Assembly: GCA_029933275.1 (NCBI GenBank)
Contig: JAOZOM010000001.1
Location: 1 to 53,082 of the forward strand
Reading direction: 5' to 3'
DNA: 53,082 nucleotides
Source: Anaerolineales bacterium
Lineage (GTDB): Bacteria; Chloroflexota; Anaerolineae; Anaerolineales; Villigracilaceae
Shown: positions 1 through 8,720 of the stretch, in pieces
Position numbering within the stretch: the first letter of the stretch is position 1
Layout of the letters: each line of letters opens with the position of its first letter
The notes under the pieces: generated by a model
What the model was told of the DNA's origin: nothing
The model's input: the letters and a program-made list of their open reading frames with translations, nothing else
Database searches by the model: none
Translations under genes and position numbers: made by a program

Positions 1-2
1 GA

Positions 3-158
3 ATTCTAGTCATCGAAGATGGCAGAATCACAGAAATTGGCAGTCACGCCGAGTTGTTGCGCGAGCGTGGGCATTATTATCGGCTCTATACGCAACAATT
101 TAAACAAACATTACGGGATCAATACGGTGCGACAAAATTAGCACCACTGGTCTCCTAA
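3..158 (+). CDS. 3' end of an ABC exporter ATP-binding domain gene (5' part lies outside the window)
   Basis: Frame 3 reads ILVIEDGRITEIGSHAELLRERGHYYRLYTQQFKQTLRDQYGATKLAPLVS and stops at TAA 156-158. The G.I.E.G.H.ELL...Y..LY..QF tail is typical of the C-terminus of MsbA/multidrug-type ABC NBDs. A hairpin terminator follows. Confidence 0.6.
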   Translation: MLVIEDGRITEIGSHAELLRERGHYYRLYTQQFKQTLRDQYGATKLAPLVS

Positions 159-163
159 AAAAA

Positions 164-202
164 AGAGATAGCAAAATTGCAAGGTTGCTATCTCTTTTTT
201 TT
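164..202 (+). terminator. Rho-independent terminator of the ABC gene
   Basis: 11-bp stem AGAGATAGCAA (164-174) / TTGCTATCTCT (185-195), 10-nt loop, then a T-run (195-202). Confidence 0.7.
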
Positions 203-321
203 ATTGCTTTACGCTTGGGTGTGTTAGAATTTTAAAACTTCTTTTTTTTAGATTTTGCAAGGTTGCTGTTATGCAGTAAAGGAAGAAGCATAGGTAAAAT
301 AGATGCACCAAGGAGCAATTT

Positions 322-711
322 ATGACAGAAAAGCCTGTAACTATTTTGTATATCGAAGATAATTTTGAAAACAGGGTTTTAGTCCGCCGTGTTCTTGAAT
401 CAGAGGGCTATGCAATGATTGAGGCGGGAACAGCGGCACAAGCTTTTGAGCAAATTGAAGAACATCTTCCCGATTTAATTTTAATGGATATCAATATGCC
501 CGATATGGACGGGTATACCCTAACTGCGAAAATTAAAGAAAAACCAGCTTATCAAGAAATCCCTATCATTGCGGTAACAGCAAATGTGATGCGTGGTGAT
601 AAGGAACGTTCTCTGAAAGCCGGCTGTGACGGTTATATTCAAAAACCAATTGATATTGATATTCTCACCGAGCAAATTGAACGCTATCGACAGAAAAGTA
701 AAAAGCCCTAA
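322..711 (+). CDS. Stand-alone CheY-like response-regulator receiver (no output domain)
   Basis: AAGGAG RBS at 310-315, ATG at 322. Receiver hallmarks are present: ILYIEDN acidic pocket, phospho-acceptor context LILMDINMPDMDG, AVTA, and K in YIQKP. 129 aa, receiver only. Confidence 0.9.
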   Translation: MTEKPVTILYIEDNFENRVLVRRVLESEGYAMIEAGTAAQAFEQIEEHLPDLILMDINMPDMDGYTLTAKIKEKPAYQEIPIIAVTANVMRGDKERSLKAGCDGYIQKPIDIDILTEQIERYRQKSKKP

Positions 712-759
712 TTCGATTTCCCCTTTTTCTCCAAAAAATCTTATTTCTCAGGAAAAACT

Positions 760-1194
760 ATGACTCCAAATACTGAACCCATCGGCAAGTCACTTGCAAT
801 GAAAGACGCTACCGTTCTAGTTGTTGAGGATAATGTCTCTAATTTTGTTCTGATTGCCCGTATGTTGGGATACCTCGGTATCCACTGCGAATGGAAAACG
901 TCCGGCTACGAAGTTGTGGAATATGCAGACACACTTCCCCGCCTTGATCTGGTTTTAATGGACATCCGTTTACCTTACGAAGACGGCTACGGCGCGCTTA
1001 AAAAAATCCGCAATTCAGAGCGATTGAAAGACACAACAATTGTCGCCGTCACAGCAGAAGCCAGTTCTGAACAAATCAAGAAAGCTCGCGCAGCTGGTTT
1101 TGACGGTTTTCTTGGAAAACCTCTTGACCCTGATCGCTTTCCCGAACAAATCCAACGAATTTTGGAAGGAGAAGAGGTTTGGGAGCTTCGATAA
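760..1194 (+). CDS. Stand-alone CheY-like response-regulator receiver (no output domain)
   Basis: VLVVEDN, LVLMDIRLPYEDG, AVTA and LGKP motifs. 144 aa. The start at 760 (GGA 6 nt upstream) could alternatively be the ATG at 799. Confidence 0.85.
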   Translation: MTPNTEPIGKSLAMKDATVLVVEDNVSNFVLIARMLGYLGIHCEWKTSGYEVVEYADTLPRLDLVLMDIRLPYEDGYGALKKIRNSERLKDTTIVAVTAEASSEQIKKARAAGFDGFLGKPLDPDRFPEQIQRILEGEEVWELR

Positions 1195-1203
1195 AGAGAA
1201 AAA

Positions 1204-4200
1204 ATGATAGATCAAAAAGATAAAACCGAGTCTTCCCCCAAAGCAAAGCCTAAATTCAAAAATCGATTAGCTTATTCGATGGCTTTGGCATTGCTCATGT
1301 TTGCTGTGATTCCCGTTTCGATTATGGGGTTAGCAGGATATTTACGCGCACGCTCCCTAATAGAAAAACAAGTTGCGTTTCAAATTTACAACATCTCAAA
1401 TAGTCAAGCAGACGCATTCAATAAATCTATCAAAACTAAAAATATTCGATTGAATCGCATCAGCAATCGCCCTGCTTTTTTGGAAGCTGCTGAAACGCTC
1501 ATAGAGACAAGCTCCGTTTCTGACGAGGAAATTTTAAACAAAGAATTTGATGCTGTTAATCGTCCCGATGGAAAACCCATTTTCGATGAATTCTTTCTAA
1601 TTAACTCTGAAGGCATTATTTACGCCACTTCAAATAAAACATGGATGGGCATATCGCTGACAGAATCCCCGGACTATGCTCTACTTACTAATGGGGACAG
1701 TGCTACAGCTCTTTATAACCTAAGTCCCGTCTTGCCAAAACAACTAGCCATTTTTTCGATTGAACCTTTGAAATCCGAAACAGGCAAAGACCTCGGTCTC
1801 TTAATTGGGCTAACAAAAGGGGAAACAATAAGAACTTTTTTAAATGAGACAACTTTTTTCAATCCATCCACCACAGCTTATATTATTTCTGCCAATAATA
1901 TTTATGTAGGCATTGACCCCTATACAAAACAACTAACAGCGTTTGATCCTTCACAAGAACAGCAGGGAGCGATTTACATTTTCTCAAAATCTCCTCTTAC
2001 AGGTGAGGAAGCTATTTATCATTTGCTGAACTTCGAAAACAATTTAGAAGTGGCGGTTGTTGCACAGGCTCATCAAATCGATTCAATTAATAGTCAGATG
2101 ATCCTTGAAGTCCCTCGAAAAATCGCCTTCGGGCAATTAAGCAGCCTGGCTCCTTTTTCCATTTATCTTTTTCTCGGGACACTCCTTGTTATGGGAACCG
2201 TTCTTTGGGTAGCAAGCAATCGAATCGTAAAGCCGATACATGCGCTATCTGACGTTGCACGAAATTTTTCGGCAGGCGATTGGCAAGCACGTGCTTCTGA
2301 GAAACGTAAAGATGAAATTGGTGAATTAGCCCATTCTTTCAACCAAATGGCAGATGAACTCAGTTCACTTTATCGCACCCTTAAATATCAGGTTGACGAA
2401 CGCACGGAATATATCCGCACCGCATCTGATGTCGCCCAAAGTATTGTCGCAACCTTCAATCTGGATGAGCTCCTTGAAAAAACAGCCCGCCTGATTGTTG
2501 AACGCTTCAACTACTATCATGCCGGGGTTTTCATGGTAGGAAACACCGGGAAAACAGCTTATCTTAAAGCTGCGCACGGTCCCGCCGCAAAAGAAATGCT
2601 GAAACGAAAACATCACCTTGACGTTGGCTCCAACTCCATTGTTGGTTGGGTTTCAGCAAATAATCAACCTCGTGCTGCTTCCGATGTGGATGAGGATGCA
2701 GTCTACTTCCAAAACGAGCTTCTCCCCAATACTCATGCTGAGGTAGGTATTCCCATCTCGATTGGGGATACAGTTCTCGGCGTGCTCGATGTGCAAAGTT
2801 CTCATCCCGAGGCTTTTGACGAGGCAACTATCGCGGTTCTTGTAACGCTCTCCAATCAGCTTGCTACCGCTGTTCAAAACGTGAGTCTCTTTGAATCATC
2901 TGACGTTAACTTACAAGAACTTGATCGTTTATATCGTGCCAGTCGAGAAATTGCCCAAGAAAAAACAAGAGACGGCGTTCTTGAAGCACTCCGCCATATT
3001 TTACAAGACGCTCCTTTTAGCACAGTAATTCTTATCCCAAATAATCAAAAAACGCTTATTTACTCCGCTTCAGACCCCGATTACAACGTATCCCAATTCT
3101 CATTACCTGATGAAATCAATACTCCCTTGGCTTCAATTATTGAGCCAGTTACGGGAGATGATAATATTATTGACGTAGATTCTCCTCCCCATTTCCCAAG
3201 AGGCTTTATTGATATTCTTAAGAAAATTGGTTCAAATGCAATATCACTGCTACCTATGACGCAAGAGGGAAATTTAGAAGCATTGATTGTGATTGGTGCA
3301 CGCCATAAGGCGCATCTGACTCAAACGGCAGTGAAACCCTATGTAAACCTAATTGAAATCGTTGCCATTACACTTGATCGAATAAAAGCATTTGAGATGA
3401 CTGAAAGACGTTTAACAGAAATGGAAGCTATCTCTATTACCAATCAAGCCACCGCCGCCGCACGAGATCTCAATTCTTTATATCCTGCTTTACACGAACA
3501 GGTACGTCAAGTTTTAGGAGAATTTTCTTTCGTTGTTGCACTTTATGATGATATTAGCGACACTATTAACATTCCTTACCTTTACGAAGCAGGAAAGGTG
3601 GGTAGCATCGCTCCTTTCCCGTTGGGAGAAGGATTAACATCGATCATCATCCGCACGGGACAGCCTTTAATGATTGTCGAAGATACAGAAAAACGTGCGG
3701 CGGCTTTAGGCGCAAAACTGGTTGGTTCCCCTGCAAAATCGTGGCTTGGCTCTCCCTTACAAGTACAAGGAAAAATCATCGGAGCTATTATTATTCAAGA
3801 TACAGAAAGTGAAAATAGTTTTGATGAAAACTCACTACGTTTTATTAATACTTTAGCCTCTCAGGTATCTGGTGCCATTTACAATATCCAACTGCTTGAA
3901 AACAGCCGTAAAAGAGCTATCCAGTTAGAAAGTGCTGCGGAGATTGCTCGAGATATTAGTGGATCCCTCAATTTAGACGAACTACTTAATAACGCTGTAA
4001 CTTTAATTCGCGAGCGTTTTAATTTTTATCACGCCTCTATATTTCTTATTGACCCTCTTGGCGAATACGCCATCATACGCGAAGCAACCGGCGAAGCAGG
4101 TATACAACTAAAAAGAAATGGACATAAGCTGGCAGTTGGCTCGAAATCTATCGTTGGTTATGTTTCTAATCGTGGTGAAAATCTCGTTATTGAAGATACG

Positions 4201-5085
4201 AATAAAGACGCAACGTATTACGCAAATCCACTCTTACCGGAAACGCGCGCCGAAGCAGCCATCCCGTTGAAAGTCGGAGAACGGATTTTAGGTGTTTTGG
4301 ATGTCCAAAGTGTAAAGCCTTATGCCTTTCCTGAGGAGATTCTACAAACCCTTAGCATCATCGCCGACCAATTAGCTATTGCGGTAATCAACACCGAACT
4401 TTTTGCTGAAACGCAAGAACATCTTTCACAGCATCGCCTCCTCCATCACATCACCACCTCTGCCGCGTCAGGAACAACACTCGAAGAATCTCTCAGAGGT
4501 GCTGTACAAGGTCTCCAAGTTACCTTAGGTGGAGACCGTGTCGCAATACTTCTGGTTGATAAAAAAGAAGAGAAACTTATTGTTGGTGCAGCTATTGGAT
4601 ATTCAGAGGATGATATTGCTTCTATTGAAATTCCCATCGGAGATGGCGTGACCGGTTGGGTGGCTAGAAACCAGAAACTCTTAAAAATTGATGATACTCA
4701 CACCGACCCGCGTTATATCTCTGTTAGCACCAACACACGTTCTGAGTTAGCAATTCCTTTGACATTCAGAAAAGAATTGCTCGGCGTTTTGAATGTGGAA
4801 AGTGAACTAGCCGCCGCGTATGATGAACACGATGAAGAAATGCTCGGAACGCTCGCCGGTAGTCTTGCTGCCATTATCGCAAATTCTCGTCTACTTCAAC
4901 GGGCACGCCGTCAAGCTGAACGCGAGCGAATGCTATATGAAGTTACCAGCAAAATTCGCCGCTCAACAAATGTCCAAACTATCCTCGCCACCACGGCAAA
5001 AGAAATCACAAAAGCAGTTGGGGCACAACACGCTCAGGTCAAAATTGACGTTCGTCTTGACGATAATACTAACCAGAGAAAATAA
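1204..5085 (+). CDS. Sensor S1: TM - Cache-like ectodomain - TM - HAMP - S-helix - multiple GAF units - conserved tail; no transmitter domain seen
   Basis: Hydrophobic helices at aa ~22-47 and ~315-338 flank a ~265-aa segment. HAMP motif DEIGELAHSFNQMADEL and S-helix VDERTEYI are present. There are several GAF-like units, two of the subtype F(N)(Y/F)YHA.(V/I)F...LP(N/E)T(H/R)AE..IP(I/L)...LGVLDVQS. It ends in QAERERMLYEVTSKIRRSTNVQTILATTAKEI... I found no H-box, GGDEF or EAL motifs. Confidence 0.85.
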   Translation: MIDQKDKTESSPKAKPKFKNRLAYSMALALLMFAVIPVSIMGLAGYLRARSLIEKQVAFQIYNISNSQADAFNKSIKTKNIRLNRISNRPAFLEAAETLIETSSVSDEEILNKEFDAVNRPDGKPIFDEFFLINSEGIIYATSNKTWMGISLTESPDYALLTNGDSATALYNLSPVLPKQLAIFSIEPLKSETGKDLGLLIGLTKGETIRTFLNETTFFNPSTTAYIISANNIYVGIDPYTKQLTAFDPSQEQQGAIYIFSKSPLTGEEAIYHLLNFENNLEVAVVAQAHQIDSINSQMILEVPRKIAFGQLSSLAPFSIYLFLGTLLVMGTVLWVASNRIVKPIHALSDVARNFSAGDWQARASEKRKDEIGELAHSFNQMADELSSLYRTLKYQVDERTEYIRTASDVAQSIVATFNLDELLEKTARLIVERFNYYHAGVFMVGNTGKTAYLKAAHGPAAKEMLKRKHHLDVGSNSIVGWVSANNQPRAASDVDEDAVYFQNELLPNTHAEVGIPISIGDTVLGVLDVQSSHPEAFDEATIAVLVTLSNQLATAVQNVSLFESSDVNLQELDRLYRASREIAQEKTRDGVLEALRHILQDAPFSTVILIPNNQKTLIYSASDPDYNVSQFSLPDEINTPLASIIEPVTGDDNIIDVDSPPHFPRGFIDILKKIGSNAISLLPMTQEGNLEALIVIGARHKAHLTQTAVKPYVNLIEIVAITLDRIKAFEMTERRLTEMEAISITNQATAAARDLNSLYPALHEQVRQVLGEFSFVVALYDDISDTINIPYLYEAGKVGSIAPFPLGEGLTSIIIRTGQPLMIVEDTEKRAAALGAKLVGSPAKSWLGSPLQVQGKIIGAIIIQDTESENSFDENSLRFINTLASQVSGAIYNIQLLENSRKRAIQLESAAEIARDISGSLNLDELLNNAVTLIRERFNFYHASIFLIDPLGEYAIIREATGEAGIQLKRNGHKLAVGSKSIVGYVSNRGENLVIEDTNKDATYYANPLLPETRAEAAIPLKVGERILGVLDVQSVKPYAFPEEILQTLSIIADQLAIAVINTELFAETQEHLSQHRLLHHITTSAASGTTLEESLRGAVQGLQVTLGGDRVAILLVDKKEEKLIVGAAIGYSEDDIASIEIPIGDGVTGWVARNQKLLKIDDTHTDPRYISVSTNTRSELAIPLTFRKELLGVLNVESELAAAYDEHDEEMLGTLAGSLAAIIANSRLLQRARRQAERERMLYEVTSKIRRSTNVQTILATTAKEITKAVGAQHAQVKIDVRLDDNTNQRK

Positions 5086-5088
5086 GTT

Positions 5089-7023
5089 ATGAATAAAGAA
5101 GATCGCCTGTTTAACTATTTAGATAATCAACTCAAGCACTGGAAAGGGAAATATATTGTCTATATTGAATGGGTTGTTATTGCATTGTCTGCCCCAGCAA
5201 GTTTAAGCGCGCTCTTTTATATTTCTCTCAATATCAGTTTAACATCCGAAGCAAATATGCTTCTTATCCGCAGTTTAATTATTACTCTTATTATTGCAGA
5301 CATCATTTCGATTGGGATAATGCAACTACAAACTAGAAGTGCCAGAAAACTTCTAAATTTACAAGGTAATAAAAGTCAATACACAAGAGACGCAACTCTT
5401 GAATTACAAGCATGGAAAGAAATCACCGCCCTCCCGTGGCGGTTTTCGGTAATAACATTAATTGCTACAATTACCCTCATTATTGCTCCCATAGAACTTT
5501 ATATGCTAAATATTGTTGGAATTTCCAATAATGAGGGCATCCACCTTGCTATCGGAGGTCTTCTAGCGGGGATTATTGTGGTAACAATCTACACAATATT
5601 ATTAAATGTGCTCCTCCTCCCTGCTCGCCAAGCTCTGCAACCCGAATCTTTTGAAGATCACGTTGCCGGACTTTCCGGGCTTAAAATCCGAACAAGTTTA
5701 CGCGTTTTAAGTATAACTACCATTGCCATTACTTTGCTAACAATCGCACCGCGGAGCTATCAAGAAGCTGTAAATGCCATGAATGCCGCAGGGTTTGGAG
5801 AAGGTGCAGTCATCCAACTCCGTGTACAATTGGCAACCGTGGCAATTAGTGCGTTTATTATCGGTGTAATTCTCGCAGATTCTTTATCCAGAACGCTGTA
5901 CCGTCCAATTGAACGATTACGACAGGTTATGGAGAAAGTCTCCTTAGGGGACCTAAATCAGCGTGCTACTTTGATTTCGACCGATGAAATAGGAGAGTTA
6001 GCCATTTATTTCAATGCGATGGTCAGCCGCCTCGATAACCTACAAAGCGGACTTGAGCAAGTGATAACCAAACGCACCGAACAACTCAAAGCCACAGCCG
6101 AGGTGGGACGCGTTGTTAGTTCAATTTTAAAGTCTGATGAGCTAATGGAAAAAGTAGTCGGCTTAATTACAGAACGTTTAGGATATTACTATGCCGCTAT
6201 ATTCATCATATCTCCTGACGGATATTGGGCAGAATTAAAAAGTGCAACGGGTACTGCGGGGGAAACGTTAAAAGAAAAAAAACACCGTCTTTCCTTAAGC
6301 GGAAAAAGCATGGTGGGATCTGCAATCAGTTTAAGAGAGGCTCGCATTGCTCATGATGTTGGCAAAGAAGCAACTCGCTTCAATAACCCACTTCTCCCCC
6401 ATACCCGTTCAGAGATTGCTCTCCCGCTCATCGTTGGCGGACATGTTTTGGGCGCACTGGATGCTCAATCGACAGAAGAAAACGCTTTCGATGAAGAAGT
6501 TACCGAAACTTTACAGGGGATGGCAAATCAAGTGGCAATCGCTCTTGAAAATGCTCGCTTATTCCAAGAGACACAAGAAACTCTGAAAGAAATCCGCATC
6601 AACCAAAAGACACAACTTTCAACAGCATGGACTGAGGCTTTAGATACGCAAGGCAATCTTGAGTTTTCAACCGGAGAAAAAGCTTCATCTGAAAAACCTG
6701 CTCTTAATGTCCCTCTGGCTTTGCGAGACCAGATTATTGGCGAGATTACGCTTGAAAATGATGCAGGTTGGACAAGAGAAGACCAAGGCTGGGTAGAGGC
6801 GGTCGCTACACAAGCAGCCCTAGCCCTTGAAAACGCTCGTCTCCTTGAAGAGAGTCAACGAATCGCCTTGCAAGAACGGCTTATCGCTGAAATTACAGGG
6901 AAGATATGGTCATCCAGTACAACGGATGGCATCTTAAAAATAGCTGTAAAAGAACTTGGTAGTGCGCTGGGAGCCAGCGAGGCAATCATTCAATTAGATA
7001 TAGACGATCAGCAGGAAATATAA
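5089..7023 (+). CDS. Sensor S2: polytopic membrane domain - HAMP - S-helix - GAF - truncated-GAF tail; no transmitter
   Basis: Several hydrophobic segments lie between aa ~20 and 270. HAMP DEIGELAIYFNAMVSRL, S-helix ITKRTEQLK and GAF LGYYYAAIFIISPDG...LPHTRSEIALPL...LGALDAQS are present. The tail reads ...ALENARLLEESQRIALQERLIAEITGKIW... The start is 3 nt after the S1 stop. Confidence 0.85.
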   Translation: MNKEDRLFNYLDNQLKHWKGKYIVYIEWVVIALSAPASLSALFYISLNISLTSEANMLLIRSLIITLIIADIISIGIMQLQTRSARKLLNLQGNKSQYTRDATLELQAWKEITALPWRFSVITLIATITLIIAPIELYMLNIVGISNNEGIHLAIGGLLAGIIVVTIYTILLNVLLLPARQALQPESFEDHVAGLSGLKIRTSLRVLSITTIAITLLTIAPRSYQEAVNAMNAAGFGEGAVIQLRVQLATVAISAFIIGVILADSLSRTLYRPIERLRQVMEKVSLGDLNQRATLISTDEIGELAIYFNAMVSRLDNLQSGLEQVITKRTEQLKATAEVGRVVSSILKSDELMEKVVGLITERLGYYYAAIFIISPDGYWAELKSATGTAGETLKEKKHRLSLSGKSMVGSAISLREARIAHDVGKEATRFNNPLLPHTRSEIALPLIVGGHVLGALDAQSTEENAFDEEVTETLQGMANQVAIALENARLFQETQETLKEIRINQKTQLSTAWTEALDTQGNLEFSTGEKASSEKPALNVPLALRDQIIGEITLENDAGWTREDQGWVEAVATQAALALENARLLEESQRIALQERLIAEITGKIWSSSTTDGILKIAVKELGSALGASEAIIQLDIDDQQEI

Positions 7024-8705
7024 TGCCTACAGATAAGCCTTCAAAAAACTCATCCATCACCTCAGGAGAAACAAAACCTAATTGGCGAGAAGAAGTGCTC
7101 AATGGGTTGTTACGCGGCATATTTATTTTTGGTCTGTTTGCGGTGTTAATCTCCACAAAAGCGACCATGAGTGATGCTTCGCTATCTAAACAAGCACAGT
7201 TAACTTTTTCAAGCATTTATATCGCCTCAATACTCATCCTAGGAGCAATCACTTTTGTCCACCGCATTCCTTATGCTTTAAGAGCAGGTGTTTTACTCTT
7301 CCTTTTATATGGACTTGGTCTCTCCGGTCTCACAGAATCTGGGTTAAGCGGCGATGGGCGCATATTTATTTTAGTATTTCCCATTATGGCTGCGATTCTC
7401 TTTGATAAGAGACTCGGTTTTATTACCTTGTTCATAGGCGTAAGCACACTGGCTATCACAGCTTTTGCCTTTTCTAGTGGGAGAATTTACATCCCCGCAG
7501 TGTATTTAGCAAACTCCACCTCCCTAAGTGCTTGGATAAGCGGCAGCGTCGTATTATTATTATTAGCCATTGCAACAATTATCCCAATTACATATTTAAT
7601 TCAAAACCTAGAAATTCAGATCATACAAACAAATGATTTGCTCAAAAGTGTAGAAAGTGAACAAAGAACACTCGAACAAATTGTTGAAGAGCGGACAGAA
7701 GAACTGGAACATAGAGCAAGACAACTTGAAAACGCATCCCAAGTTGCTCATAGCGCACTCGTTTTTCAGAATGTAAGTGAACTTTTATCTAATGTAACTG
7801 ATTTTATTTCAGAAAAGTTTGGCTATTATCACGCTGGAATTTTCTTGCTTGACGATAAGAAAGAATACGCTATTCTACAAGCAGCCTCTTCTGATGGAGG
7901 GAAGAAAATGCTTGGACGCGGGCATCAACTTCGGGTTGGGGGCGAGAGCATCGTTGGTGCTACAGCCGCCGAAAAGCGTCCACATATCGCTCTGGATGTC
8001 GGCGTTGACGCGGTCTTTTTCAACAATCCCGATTTACCGGAAACGCACTCAGAGATGGCTCTTCCGCTTCTTTCTCAAAATAATGTTGTTGGCATTCTCG
8101 ATGTTCAATCCACAAAGATTAAGGCATTTAACCAACACGATCTCGAAATTTTTCAAACGCTCGCAAATCAATTAGCTTTAGCTATTCAAAACGCCCACCT
8201 ACTTGAAGAAACACAGACAAGTATTGCTCAATTGGAAGCTCTTACAGCAAAACAATCACAAGTGGCTTGGCAGGCTCATTTAGAACACCAATCTCATCGA
8301 TACCTTTATACCCCCCTCGGTATAAAGCATCTAAAAAGACAACAACTCTTAAGTTCAGAAGAAAATGATGAGAGTGTTAATATTCCAATCGCCCTTCGCG
8401 GGAAGGCAATCGGAAATATTATGCTAAAAAGATTGTCAAAATCTTGGAGTGGTAAAGAAAAAGCCTTGATTTCGGATATTTCTGAGCAAGTTGGCTTGGC
8501 AATAGAAAATGCCCGATTGGTAGATGAAACCCGCAAACAAGCAACCCAAGACCAACTCGTTTCTGAGTTCTCAACCAAATTACGCGAGACCCTTGATATG
8601 GACACTGTCGTAAAGACAGCCATTGAAGAAATAAAGAAAACATTTAATCTCAAAGAAGTGGAAGTGCGATTAAATACACCCGAAGAAGACGAAGTTGAAA
8701 ATTAA
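7023..8705 (+). CDS. Sensor S3: polytopic membrane domain (GDGRI motif type) - S-helix - GAF - truncated-GAF tail; no HAMP, no transmitter
   Basis: The ATG at 7023 overlaps the S2 TAA (TAATG). ~6 hydrophobic segments include SGDGRIFILVF. Coiled coil/S-helix VEERTEELE and GAF FGYYHAGIFLLDDKKEY...FFNNPDLPETHSEMALPL...VGILDVQS are present. The tail reads ENARLVDETRKQATQDQLVSEFSTKLRE... Confidence 0.85.
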   Translation: MPTDKPSKNSSITSGETKPNWREEVLNGLLRGIFIFGLFAVLISTKATMSDASLSKQAQLTFSSIYIASILILGAITFVHRIPYALRAGVLLFLLYGLGLSGLTESGLSGDGRIFILVFPIMAAILFDKRLGFITLFIGVSTLAITAFAFSSGRIYIPAVYLANSTSLSAWISGSVVLLLLAIATIIPITYLIQNLEIQIIQTNDLLKSVESEQRTLEQIVEERTEELEHRARQLENASQVAHSALVFQNVSELLSNVTDFISEKFGYYHAGIFLLDDKKEYAILQAASSDGGKKMLGRGHQLRVGGESIVGATAAEKRPHIALDVGVDAVFFNNPDLPETHSEMALPLLSQNNVVGILDVQSTKIKAFNQHDLEIFQTLANQLALAIQNAHLLEETQTSIAQLEALTAKQSQVAWQAHLEHQSHRYLYTPLGIKHLKRQQLLSSEENDESVNIPIALRGKAIGNIMLKRLSKSWSGKEKALISDISEQVGLAIENARLVDETRKQATQDQLVSEFSTKLRETLDMDTVVKTAIEEIKKTFNLKEVEVRLNTPEEDEVEN

Positions 8706-8720
8706 GCACTGGAAATTCTC

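Noticed and set aside
1-6. The window begins with GAATTC (an EcoRI site), which could suggest a cloning boundary.
   Set aside because: A single hexamer at a window edge is uninformative. Other GAATTC sites occur internally.
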